A stretch of 62,913 bases of DNA, counting the filler, from Olpidium bornovanus S191 (taxonomy: Eukaryota > Fungi > Olpidiomycota): the NCBI GenBank assembly GCA_017911155.1. It is 26 parts of 26 records of this genome, joined end to end, with 100 filler letters (N's around TTAATTAATTAA, not from the genome) between each part and the next. Parts side by side here need not be neighbours in the genome. Positions count along the whole stretch, not along the records: positions 47,031 to 51,349 come from JAEFCI010003534.1; positions 51,450 to 53,457 come from JAEFCI010004573.1; positions 53,558 to 54,630 come from JAEFCI010008576.1; positions 54,731 to 55,965 come from JAEFCI010006188.1; positions 56,066 to 59,225 come from JAEFCI010009195.1; positions 59,326 to 60,646 come from JAEFCI010005011.1; positions 60,747 to 61,785 come from JAEFCI010003620.1; 19 more parts are not named here. The stretch is one strand, 5' to 3'. Both the position numbers and the translations under genes were made by a program. Below, one piece after another: positions 50,059-61,885 of the stretch; the first letter of the stretch is position 1; the number at the start of each line of letters is the position of its first letter. The notes below the pieces were generated by a model that was given only the letters and a program-made list of their open reading frames with translations, did not search any database and was not told the DNA's origin.

Positions 50059-51449
50059 GGTCGGAAAAAGAGAAAGCCGGGTACACCGGGAGGAGAGGAG
50101 CGTGGGAAACGAGGATTGGCTTTTGGGTGAAGGGGGTGTGGGTTGGATGTCGGCACGCGTCGAACTTGGGAGAAAAAAAGCTATGTGGGGCCGGTTCGCG
50201 GGCGTTTTTGTTCAGGGACGGGAAAACAATAAGGATCCTCGACTTTCCCGGCCTCGCGCTCCGCCCCGTTTCGGCGCTTTGTATACCTCGGCCCTGACGC
50301 CCTACTTTCCCTTTTTTTTTTTTTTTTTTCTCCCACCATTTTCTGGTTGGCAGCGGGCGGGGGAGGGTCGGTTGTGCGGCTGTCCGCGTTTCGACGCGCC
50401 GATTGGTTGGAGGACAGGTCCATAACCTGGCGCGCGCCATCCAATCAAAAGCCTGCGGTTTTTTTATTTTTTTTATTTTTTTTCTTTTTGCTCCGCAAAA
50501 CCCCACCCCCCCTCCCCCCACTTCCTTCCCACCTCTGTCTGCCCTTTGCGTCGAGAAACCGCACGCTTTCATGTGCCGGCTGTGCTGCGTGCATGAGGCC
50601 TTGTTGCTTTCCTTCCCCCTCCCTCACTCACCCTCGCTCTTTCGCATCACCGCTCGCTCGTGCGCGCAAAAGCGTCAACAAAATTTGCGAGAGGCGAAAA
50701 AAAAAAAAAAAAAAACAAATTTGCAACCGCTGGCCCAACAGCCCGGTCTCGGCGCCGCAGTGAGCGCGGGGGTTGTAGTGGGTGTCGGCCGCTGCAGACC
50801 CAGGCTTTCTGGATGCTTTGCCAGGAGGCACTGCCCTTGTGGGCCCAGGCTGCGGTGCGCGCACCTGGATGCAAACAACGCCCGCTACAGGGCAGGAGGA
50901 AGAGATGACTTTCGCCGGAGTTTGTGGTAATATCTGGTTTGAGAATCTTAAATAGTGATATAATAAATAATTAGTGGTATATAATTTACTATAGAAACAG
51001 ACGATTCTTTTTGAGTGAATTATTATTAATATGTATGATATAATAATTATATGTATCGTGCGGAGGGCGGATTGCTCGGTAGAAAGAGGGAAAGTGGAGT
51101 AAAGGTGACACGCCTCCAACCCGCAAGGCGCACGCGGCAGCCCACCCCCTCCCACTCTCCCCTTCCCTTTCTTTTCCTCTTGGTTTAATTTTCTTTTCTC
51201 TTCTTCCTTTTTTCCTTTTTGCTTGTCGCATGTGGCTAATTGTGTCGAACAATTTTCCTAGATCGTTTTCCCCCTTCCGGTCAGTCACGCAATTTGCTAC
51301 TCTCTGCTTTATGCTCTCCCTGGCCAGACTCACCACCTCACCCTGCAAGNNNNNNNNNNNNNNNNNNNNNNNNNNNNNNNNNNNNNNNNNNNNTTAATTA
51401 ATTAANNNNNNNNNNNNNNNNNNNNNNNNNNNNNNNNNNNNNNNNNNNN

Positions 51450-53359
51450 CATGCGCTTCGATGTACAAGCCGGTGCCAACCGTCTGCACTCCTGGTGGCG
51501 GCTCAATGGTCGCGATCATTATTTCCGGAACGTACTTTTTCCGGCAAGAAGCGCACCGGACGAAACTCATAGGGAACGGCGCGGCGCGCCTGCTGTAGGG
51601 AATGTGGCACAGGCGACATTCTGCAAAGAAACGCGTACGTCAGGGCTCGACGCGAGGGCGATCGGCGACTATCTTATCGAGCAGTAGACATGCTCACTGG
51701 AGTACTTTTTCCGCGGTCTCGCTTTGGCACCCAGCAGCTCCATCACCGAGAAATTATCCTTCAATGAACTGGAGTACGACGGCCGATGCGTAGATGGCGT
51801 CCGCGGAATCTGCTGCGCGGAAGGCCCGTGCGATCCCTGCCCACCCAGACCACCGGCGGACGCCGCGTCGGGCTGTTCGTGCATGTTCGGCGTCGACTTG
51901 GTTAAGCTGATGGACAGAGAGAGCGCCTTCACGTTTTCCGTGTTCGTGGTGGCCAGTCCCGGCACCGGCGAGACGAACGCCTGCATGTCGACGACGGCAG
52001 CGGTCCCGAGCGCAGATAGAACGCACAACTCGTCGTTTATTGTTGTCGTCTCTGAGTACCCTACGACGTGCGGACATCCTAACGCCCGGGCGTGCGAGCG
52101 GATCTCCCCTCGGAGCTCGGCCCACCAGGCGTCCCGCACCTCGGCGTCGTCGTTATCGATGAGCTTGACGGACCGCGCTGTCACGATCCCGCCCAGACTC
52201 AACAGTGCGAACGGCGGCATCGAATGCAACGTAAATATCTGCGGTTCAACGGACATGTAGTGGTGGATGCTTTGCACACCCGCGATCGTGCTCGCGCCGC
52301 CGCCAGCCCCGCCGCGGCTGCGCGTGTCGGAGTCTTCGGACGACACGCTGGATCGCCTGGAACGCAGGTTCTCCATCCCGTTTCCGACGTCCGCCGCCGC
52401 ATTCCCCTCTGAAGGCTGTTCCGTCCCCGACTTGATGTCCTTGAGTGACTCCCGCTGCCCTGAAGGTGTTTTCGGATACATCGGGGACGACGCTCCGGAC
52501 CTCGCCGTCTCCGCAAGTCCCCCAGTACCCACTCGATGGATGTAGACGGCGGTTCCGATGGCGCGAGCGGTGATCGAACGCTCCTCCGACTCCAGATCGA
52601 AGAATTGGCGATAACCGACCACGGCATTTCCGCCAAGCTCGAGCGCCTTCTTTCCTATCAGGCGCCGGAGCTGGCCTGAAAGTCGGAAGAGCAGCCTCTG
52701 GCGCGCTTCGTTTGACGAGCGCGGCGTTCTAAAGCTCTGCAAAGCAACTCAACTGAGGTTTATCAGTACCGACGTCACGAAACGAGCGCAGCACAGAGCC
52801 CCAGAGTCGAAAATTCCAGGAATGAGATCGCTGCCAGGAAGCCGTACATCGCTCCAATGGTACTCCGGGTCGTCATCTTTGATGAGTTCGTCGACAAACC
52901 CGTGCATTGAGGTGACCTGCACTGCTTCGGGTATGACAGGTACGGCGAAGAACTGGACGCCGGCGGACGACTCTTTAAACGGGTTGACGTCACCGAAAAA
53001 CTGCAGTTTGACCTGGATGTGAAGCTGGCCGCGTACGCCGCGCAGGGTGTCGTAGATGGGAACCCAGCCGCAGATCTGGCCCGCCGAGTCCCACGCGAGC
53101 AGCGGGTTTAGGTCGAGAACGACGGTGCCGACGGCGTCGTTAGCGGTGATGGCGTCGTAATCGAGGATTTTAAACTCGAGCGGCTCGTTCTGCAGGTCGG
53201 CGTCGGAGCTGATCTCAAAACGGAAGTCCTCGTTCCACACCGGGTTCAAGGTCTTGCGGCAGATGCTGGAGCGCTGGGTGTCGAAGTCGGCGAAACGGAT
53301 CTCCACGTACGCGTCGGTCAGCTCGGACTGCCGGTCCATGACGGGTAGGTCCGCGGCGC
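51450..53359 (-). CDS. C2CD5: C2 domain-containing protein 5 (CDP138/KIAA0528) homologue, partial at both ends
   Basis: LPVMDRQSELTDAYVE..KTLNPVWNEDFRFE..LQNEPL..DYDAITANDAVG..GWVPIYDTLRGVRGQL..VKLQFFGDVNPF..DDPEYHWSD|SFRTPRSSNEARQRL..IGKKALELGGNAVVGYRQFFDLESE. Confidence 0.93.
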
Positions 53360-53731
53360 CTGGGAAGAGGAAACGGAACGTAACGCCGCCGCCCACCGCC
53401 GGAACAACGCGTCAGTCTTGGCTAATCGTCGCGTTCACCGTCCGGTTTCAGGTTGGANNNNNNNNNNNNNNNNNNNNNNNNNNNNNNNNNNNNNNNNNNN
53501 NTTAATTAATTAANNNNNNNNNNNNNNNNNNNNNNNNNNNNNNNNNNNNNNNNNNNNCAGCATGGAAGAATGGGTCGGTGCGGGTGTTTGGAGGCCGCAG
53601 ATTTGGGAGGAGTGTGGAACGTTCCTTCGAGCTTTGTAGACCTCTATCTGCCCCCCCCCCTCCTAGCTTGGACCCCCCTTCCTTTTTTTTATTTGCTCCC
53701 TTTCTCTTCGACGTCGCCCGGTCGGTCTTCC

Positions 53732-54630
53732 TCAGCGCGTCGCCCAGAAATGGCGCCCGGAGTCGGCGGGGTGATTCGCCTGCCCGGCGTCCTTATACGG
53801 CTCTTTGGCGTCGTTCCAAGCTGCCGCCGGCTCGGCGGCCGAGTCATTCGCTCCTTTGAGCTCCGGGTCGCCGCGCAGTTTGTTGACGAGGATGATTAGG
53901 TCGCGTCGATGCTGAAGCGCCGTCCGCCGCGTTCCCGGTGCAAGGTATTCGCAATACCGAAACACCATGAAGCTGTACGCATCGGCGTCGATTTCGAAGG
54001 CCCGGCGGCGCGCTGCTGCCATCCTGCCAGCGAGAGCTTCGTGCGCGGCGCCAATGAGAGTGTTCCAACGGGCCCGCTCTCTGTCCTGCAGACGGCCGGG
54101 TTGCCCCTGGTTCCAGGCTGACAGCTTCGAGGCCGGTCGCTGGGCTGCTCCCGTTGGCGTCGTCGGTCGGCGATCCGTTGAAAGCAAGGCATTCGCTTGG
54201 CGTTTTTCCGTCGTTGTCGTCGCCGCGCCGGCGGTCGGCGTCTCCTTCCCCCGCGCGATCCTTCTCGATCACCTCGGCACCAGCTCCGACTCGCTGCTCT
54301 CCGCTGAACGCCCCGTGTTGCCACCAGCAGTTGACGAAGGTACTGCCGCTTGTTGTTTGGCTTCGTTCGGCTCGTCGGTCGGGGGCTTCTTCGTTGCCGT
54401 TGCGTCGAGTCCCTTCTGTTGAAATTTTCCCACGTGACCCGATGCCACCAGGAAGTGACCGGCGGCGAACGCAGCAACAGCGCCGCAGAAGACAGAACCG
54501 CGCAATGCAGATGCCGGACGGGAGCATGCGAATTGTGGGAATCGCATCTCGGCTGCGGAATCCTGGTTTCCGCCAAGGGGGTGGCGGAGCACACCCCTGA
54601 ACCCCCCGGGCCCGTGCGCAAGGGGCACGG
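53732..54630 (-). CDS. Hypothetical protein fragment
   Basis: Same-frame ORFs 54269-54628 and 53732-54187, probably separated by an intron. The distal part has globular composition (FEIDADAYSFMVFRYCEYLAP..RRDLIILVNKLRG). Confidence 0.4.
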
Positions 54631-54749
54631 NNNNNNNNNNNNNNNNNNNNNNNNNNNNNNNNNNNNNNNNNNNNTTAATTAATTAANNNNNNNNNNNNNN
54701 NNNNNNNNNNNNNNNNNNNNNNNNNNNNNNGGGGGGGGGGGGGGGGCCC

Positions 54750-54785
<36 letters not shown>

Positions 54786-55027
54786 CCTTGCAATCCAGAC
54801 GACGTCGAACAGGCGCGCCGTGGTATTTTGGCACAGCAGACACGGAGAGCACGGCAAACGAGGGCAATCGGCCACGGCAGCCGCGAAGCGGCCTCCCTGG
54901 CGCGTTCCATTTCCCCTCTCCCCCCACCCTACCCACCCCGCCCCCTCCTCCTGGGCGGCCGTCGGCAGGAGGCGGGAACCGCGACTGAACTTCGGGGCAG
55001 GGAGCGAACAAAGGCAGTTTCGTCTTC

Positions 55028-55965
55028 ATGCTAAACCCTCTGAGCGCGGTTGACGAGAATGCGGTTTCCGAAAGCGGCCAGCCGAAGGAGCGGCGCAGAA
55101 GCGCGGCAAGTTTTGTTCGCGAGGAGGCAACGCGCTTGTCGGAAGACCCTTCCGGAGCCGCGGTTAAACCATTTGGCAAGTCGGCGGAGGACGCGCTCAT
55201 AGGCGGTCCTGCGCCGCAGGAATTTCTTGGAGATTCCACGAGAGAACACAGGCCGAAATTCTCTCCGCTCCAGAGATTGGCGGCCGGGGGGGCCGGACTG
55301 GGATCGACCTCTCACAGGCTGTATTTCACGGAGAAACTCAGAAGCGCCGCCGTCGCGATCTCGACCGTATACGTAGGTGCCCGCTTTCCCCGCAGGAAAT
55401 GCGCGGCCAATTCTTTGGCTAATGGTCCTTCCGAATGCGTGCATTGCGCTGATGCCTTCCAGACCGACAGGTCCCACAGCAGGAACCATGAAGAGGCTTG
55501 GGAAGTCATCTTTGTCGGCTTGGTATCCGAGGAATCCTTCGTCCGCTTCTTTTCGTTAAAATGCATTGTCATGGGATCAAAGAACATACAGTTCACTCTG
55601 TTGAGCAAACAAAAGAGGGAGTCTCTATTTCGATTGTTGATGGACTTGACTGGTGGTGATGAGGGTGAGTGTCAACAGCATTTTGCACGAGTTGAAATCG
55701 CTTGGGCGGCGCGACAGCCTTTTGCACGTGCCAACTTTTCATTCGCCGCTTATTTTTTTTCTCTCGCTGCTCTTTGAACCAGGCATACGCCAATCGGGCA
55801 CTGGCATCTGTCCTTCTCGGGCAGTGCATCCCGATACTCATGGAAGCCAATGGGGACCCTCCGCCGAATGATCCCCGCGAGAACCTTCTTCATCTGGCGT
55901 TCAAGGTCCTGTTGAGCCAATTCCTGACGGTGTTCCCGGCAAACCTCTCAGAAGTTTTGCGCGAA
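55028..55965 (+). CDS. Hypothetical multi-exon protein fragment, possibly a helical-repeat protein
   Basis: ATG ORF at 55028 plus downstream exon-like blocks (FVRFFSLKCIVMG..LFRLLMDL; ALASVLLGQCIPILME..LLHLAFKVLLSQFL) running to the contig end. Confidence 0.45.
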
Positions 55966-56092
55966 NNNNNNNNNNNNNNNNNNNNNNNNNNNNNNNNNNN
56001 NNNNNNNNNTTAATTAATTAANNNNNNNNNNNNNNNNNNNNNNNNNNNNNNNNNNNNNNNNNNNNAGGAGGAGATAGAGGATTTTGATTCGG

Positions 56093-57828
56093 TTAAACGT
56101 CAACATCGGGCTCCGAATCGTCGTCGTCGTCTTCGTCGTCGTCGTCCCCGGACACCTGGGTGTTCTCGCGCTCCAGGTCCGCCATGAGGGCCGCAAGCGC
56201 TTGGTCATCCGACTCGCTGACGGCCCGCGGCTGATAGGAGGCGGCGGCGAGGCACCCCGGGCAGAAGAATATCAGCGGGCGGAAAAACTTTCTCAGGATT
56301 TTCGTGCGCCGCGAAGGCAATTCCCGCGGGCAAGCCGCCGGGACACACCTTCGTCTTTACCGCCAGGTGGCCACCCATACTCCGGGCCGTCTCGTCAACC
56401 TCGACGATGGCCCTTTCAAGGATGTCAATGCCGGCGGCCTTGTCCAGCGAGCTGGTAATCATGACGTAGAACGGCGGCGCGACAAGGCGGATCTTTATCG
56501 AAACCTCCGGCGTAGAACACGCCTCGCCCGCAATCAGAGCGGCCTTGACGGCGTCGATGCCTTCGTAGCCGTAGCAGGCCACCTCGATATCTGGTTTGGA
56601 CCGGACGCGAAGCGGATCAATTAGATTCATTTTTCAGGACAGAGGGCTTACGCCCCGCAAGCCGAAGAGCGGAAAACGAAATTTTGCGCAGCAAGGTGCC
56701 TAGTGAAAGCTGCGACGTGCCGAAACCGTAAGAAGGACAGCGCTTTACCGGCTCGAATCTTTATTGGTTGCGGGGTTAATCTCCGCTTGATGTTGTTCAG
56801 GAGCTCCCTGCTGACGTGCTCATTGGTGAGGAGGTGGTGCTCGCGGTCGACGCCGACGGCGGACGTCGCGGAGGCAAGGAGCAAATCTATATCCAAGACC
56901 TTTTCGGCCTCCATTATTGCCAGCTTGAAAGCGTCGAAGCAATGCTGGTATTTTCTGTACAGCGGCCAGCCGATCTGCTGATACAGCGCCCCCAGGTCAA
57001 CGTTTGTCTTTTCTGCCACGTGTCGCATTATAGAGTGAACCTGTGACACGCAAGAGTCAATTCGCCCAGAATTGCCGGGGAAAAAGGGTCTAGAGAGCAA
57101 AGCAAATCCGGCGTGCCCGAGAAACATACAGCTTTGGATTTGTTGTACCGCTCTTCGCATTTTTGGACGTCTTCTGGCGTGACGCGGCGCTTCGACAAGT
57201 CGATATACCCTGTAGAGTGAGAAGACACGAGCAACCGTAATTAAACCGCAACGGGCCAATGTCAATAACCTTCCCGACAAGAGGAAGAGTTCGCGTGATT
57301 CAATCCGAGGACGAAAGGATCCAGCGCTTCCCGACGGCCCTGCCTTCGTATCTGAACGACCCTGCGCGGACTTCAGGAAGCTTCCGCTGCGACTTTGGCC
57401 TCCGCGCCAAAATCGCAGCGGGACTTACACCCCTTCCGGGCGCGTCCACCACGTTCGCCGAAGTAAAACAACCTGCGATTTCCCACGGCGACGAAACGGG
57501 GAAGGGGCCTGGCATGGGGGGGAAGCAATGCGAAAGGAAAAACGAGGACCGACGCAGGGAGGTGTGTGTGTAGGGGGACACCTTTCTCTTTGTCGACCCT
57601 GAGCACGACGACGACCTCGTTCCTGCCGACGCGGATGAGCTTCTGGATGCTCCTAATGCGCCTCCGGGAGAGCTCGGAGAGGAGGATCATGCCCTCGATG
57701 TTGTCGTACTCGAGCAGCCTGACGTAGGCGCCCATCTCGGCAATCTGCCTGACGTTGACCATGACAAGGTCATCCACCTCGGGATAGCGCGCCTCGTACA
57801 TGCGGCACTGGAACCGCGGGCTCGACAT
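56093..57828 (-). CDS. SUI2: Translation initiation factor eIF2 alpha subunit, complete, multi-exon
   Basis: [43 protein letters not shown] (Ser51 site), [21 protein letters not shown]|[26 protein letters not shown], acidic C-terminus. Confidence 0.98.
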
Positions 57829-60132
57829 GGCGAACGCCCGAGCTGATGCCCGTCCCGCCGCGTTTGACACCTGTTTCCCGAGAACAATTCCCGCGGGAGA
57901 GGAGGAGCGGAGCGCAGCGAGAGAGGGGCCGCCGGAGTTCGGCGGGAAAGCGTTTAGAAAATAGAAAAGAAACAAAAACTGCGGGGGAAAAACACGCCCG
58001 CGGCCTTTCGGCAGAAGAAACTGTTGAATTCATTGTATTTTAGTTTGTATTTCGGGGGAGACGGAGACGAGCCCGAGGGCGGAAACTTCACGTCTGCGAC
58101 AGAAACCACCTGGACGAAAAAAACAAAAGCGTGAAGGCATGGGATGCAATCAAACACACGTGGCGGTCGAAGTTCCGGATTTGGCCCGCGCGAACTCAAC
58201 CATCGGTGATTCGACGCACAGCTGTACTCAATTGCTCCTATGCAATGTGCTAAAAATGACAAGGCAGAGCACCCCACGCGATCAGCGGTAAAGTATGAGA
58301 TAAACTCGAAATTGTTAGTAAAAAATGTGGAGACGGCACGCGGGTGATCGCCAGACATTCCTAACGTATTGACGGAAGCCTGCGGGTCGCTGGCCGCCCA
58401 CAATTAATGCAGAACTTACCGCCCGCTACACGTGCAATTAGACAATCACATCCCCTGTGAGCGGACGCCGCATGCCAGGTTTGTTGCAACCCCACATGAC
58501 ACCATTGCCGATGCTTACTTCCTATACAGTGGGCTACACAATTGCAGACTCCCCAGATAGATATGTAAAGACCCTTCTCGTCGAACTGCGGCCAAACTCA
58601 CTCTCAGTCGACGGGGAGACCTCATGGCCGTCCTGCGGAGATACGGGAGAACGACCGACGAGCTTCCGCCGCTAATTGGTGCAGAGAAACCCGAACGACG
58701 CACCTACCGAGAACCAAAGCCGAAGTTATCTCTACGATCACCCCACTTTTCGTTGACAATCTAATCATTTTTCCACGACGAAAATAAGTATCTGTCCTGC
58801 TCACAGGGTACGGCCACACCGCCACATCTCAGAACACCCCAGAAACGTCCGTAATTCAAAACAAAAAGCAGATCACGGCGAAAATCGCGTGCTGACGGCC
58901 GCCGTGTTCCGCGAGCTCGCCGCAGATGACGGCTGTTGTTCTGTTGTCGGCGCCGACTTCTGTCGTTGGTCGTGTTCCCTGCAGCCGGGCGAAATTTTCC
59001 GGGTTCTGCGGCCATTTCGCCGCGGCCTGAAAGCGCGTAAAAGAAGCGTGTTGTATCCTTCTTCTGCTCTCCTTTCCTTCCTTCTCCTCGGTTCCCGGTA
59101 ACATTTCGCTCTCCTTTTTGTTCTGGGTGTTATTTTCCCCTTCTTCTTCGTTATTCTGCGTTCAAAAGAAAGTTCGGAAAGTCCAGCGAAAAGAGACGCC
59201 ACGCACGAAGTCCTCGCGAAGCATGNNNNNNNNNNNNNNNNNNNNNNNNNNNNNNNNNNNNNNNNNNNNTTAATTAATTAANNNNNNNNNNNNNNNNNNN
59301 NNNNNNNNNNNNNNNNNNNNNNNNNGCCCACCTTTTTTTTTTTTTTTTTTTTTTTTTTTTGGCGGCCTTTTTTTTTTTTTTTTTTGCCGCCCGCGCGCGC
59401 CCGGCGGAAGGAAGAGAGAGCGCGCGCGCGCGCGCGGCCCACGACGTGCCGTGCCGGGAAACGCAGCGGAGACCCTTTCCGGGCCCTCTTCTCCTTTGCG
59501 CCGCCGCTGCTGCCCCTGACGCGCAGGAGAGAGGGAGAGAGGGTAAAAGAGAGAGAAAAAGAGACCTTGTTTCCGTCCCGTGCTTCGCCCCATCAGAGAT
59601 CGCATTAGGGGTACCCCCCTGATACCTATACCCTCGCGTTCGTTTTCTTTGTGCTATCTCCTTTTTGAGGTTGGCAACCTCGGTGAGCCTGGCTCCCTCA
59701 GAAAAGGGCGTCTTGGAGAGAGCGCCGGGATTTACCCTACGTCCCGTGTATAGTACACTCTAGTTGACGCAATTCGGAGCAAAGCTGCAAGTACAGCAGA
59801 TTTTGCAGCGTTAGTGGCTAAAGGCATCACAAAGGAAATGGAGCTGTTATCAAAAAGGTATCACATCTCATCGAATTGTGATCAGATTTGGATAAAACTG
59901 GTGCGTTCGAATTCCTACAAGCCGATCTTTGGCTTGTTAGAAATGCCTCTTCAAGGGCTTCAAATTTTATTGGCTCCAAGACCAGACAGGGCCGGTCAGC
60001 CGTCGTTGAGATTCAAGTGTTTCATGTCCGGAGCCATGTTCTTGCCGAACATGCCCCAAACGTCGGCGGAAGAAGTTCTACATCATGTACGTGGAAGTTG
60101 GTCAAAACCCCCGAATCAAATACGCACGCCTT

Positions 60133-60180
60133 GGAAGGAAGGAAGGAAGGAAGGAAGGAAGGAAGGGAGGAAGGGAGGAA
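60133..60180. repeat. (GGAA)n tetranucleotide microsatellite
   Basis: Eight GGAA units followed by degenerate GGGA units. Confidence 0.93.
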
Positions 60181-60770
60181 CGGAAGGGGGGTTGCATGCG
60201 TTGCGCATGGAGCCGGCGAAAGGTGGCGTCGTGCCGTGTCTGCCCTGCTCTACCGTAGGAATTTGAATAAGGTCAGTGGAGGGTGTGGGGTGGCTGACCG
60301 GGTCCTGCTTTTCTTCCTTCCTTCCTCCGCCGGCATCGCGCGCGGCCGGCGGTGGTTTTTTTTTTTTTTTGTGAGTTGGCGGCCGCTGCCGGACGGTCGG
60401 GGGATGTGCGCCTCGCCGCTCCACACCGCGACGCCGCACACAACGCGAACCATCGCCCCGCGCCGGCGCCAGGAAGGAAGGATGCAAGGATGGAAGGAGG
60501 GACGGAGGGCGGGACCGCTGATTCCCATGAAGCCAAAAAATCGGAACCTGATTAGTGACACCAAGAAACGGAGGTAAGAGGATTAGGAAACCCCGTTTAT
60601 GAGGGGAAGAACTGATGAACAGCAGTGGAACAGCAAGTTTCAGAAANNNNNNNNNNNNNNNNNNNNNNNNNNNNNNNNNNNNNNNNNNNNTTAATTAATT
60701 AANNNNNNNNNNNNNNNNNNNNNNNNNNNNNNNNNNNNNNNNNNNNGGGGGGGGGGGGGGGGGGGGGGGG

Positions 60771-60830
<60 letters not shown>

Positions 60831-60932
60831 AAAAAAAAATCAGAATTTTTTTAATCTTTATTTTGCCGTCCGGCCGCGACACGGCGGGGTTGTAGGACAG
60901 GTGATCGCCGTTGCCTCTGTAAACGCCGATAT

Positions 60933-60970
<38 letters not shown>

Positions 60971-61067
60971 CTGCCGGCCGCGGGAAAGAAAACCCCTCGC
61001 CCGCCCCGCGCCCCCCCTTTTTCCCCCCCCGAAGCACTTTCGCGGCGGCCCCCCCACCGATACCCAC

Positions 61068-61717
61068 CGGGCGCCAGCGCGAGCTCCATGTACGCCGCCA
61101 TCGTCGGGGGCGTGACCTGCTTCGGGGCGTGGAAAATGATGATGACGGTGCCCACCAGGCACTGGAAACAGGCCACCTTCCCGTTGATGGGGAGCTTCTC
61201 TTTCAGGAAGAGGTCCGCGAAAGCGGCGCTGTGCGGTGCGGGCCGAGCGGGGGGGGGAGGGGGGAGGAGTTTCAGCGGACTTCGCCGGAGACTTCCCGCA
61301 GAAAACGGGGGCGGCGGGCCGCGGCAGACGCTGCGCGGGAGCTCCCCTCCGCCCCTGAAAGGCCCCGGGAGCGGCAAACTGACCTGATCACGACGGAAAC
61401 GGCTCCGACGGGCGTGACGAGCATTGCGGGGGCGAAAGAGTACGCGACGAAATTCAGGACTTCCCCGGCGGCGACTGCGGGGTCCGTCGTCGGAGCAATA
61501 TAAAAAAAAAATTTAAATAAAACGAGCGTCGGCGGTGCTTGCCCCTCCCCCCCCCTATCACCCCACCCATTCCCTTCTCTTTTCCTTGATGGCAAAGAAA
61601 ACTCACGCAGGACCGCTCCGGCCATCCAGATCGGCGACTTGTAGATCGTCGTCAGGTTGTGTCCGTGGTTTATCAGGCCTTTCTTCTTCATGACCAGAGC
61701 CACGCCGATGAGGAGGG
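61068..61717 (-). CDS. NIPA-family magnesium transporter, internal exons, partial
   Basis: GVALVMKKKGL..PIWMAG..|GEVLNFVAYSFAPAMLVTPVGAVSVVI|SAAFADLFLKEKL..CLVGTVIIIFHAP. Confidence 0.92.
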
Positions 61718-61885
61718 CTGGGAAACCCGAGATTCGCGATCGAGGACGGGTAGATTATGAAGAACCCCCGATGGGATTATGAAAANNNNNNNNNNNNNNN
61801 NNNNNNNNNNNNNNNNNNNNNNNNNNNNNTTAATTAATTAANNNNNNNNNNNNNNNNNNNNNNNNNNNNNNNNNNNNNNNNNNNN

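Noticed and set aside
58130-58260. Non-LTR retroelement zf-RVT remnant (AWDAIKHTWRSKFRIW)
   Set aside because: Only a vague Trp spacing, with no RT or endonuclease motifs nearby.
59326-60646. Coding gene on this contig, and in 179-900, 14337-14850, 31930-33107, 42340-43451 and 47031-48170
   Set aside because: Exon-like pieces exist, but I could not build a consistent spliced frame or recognise a family.
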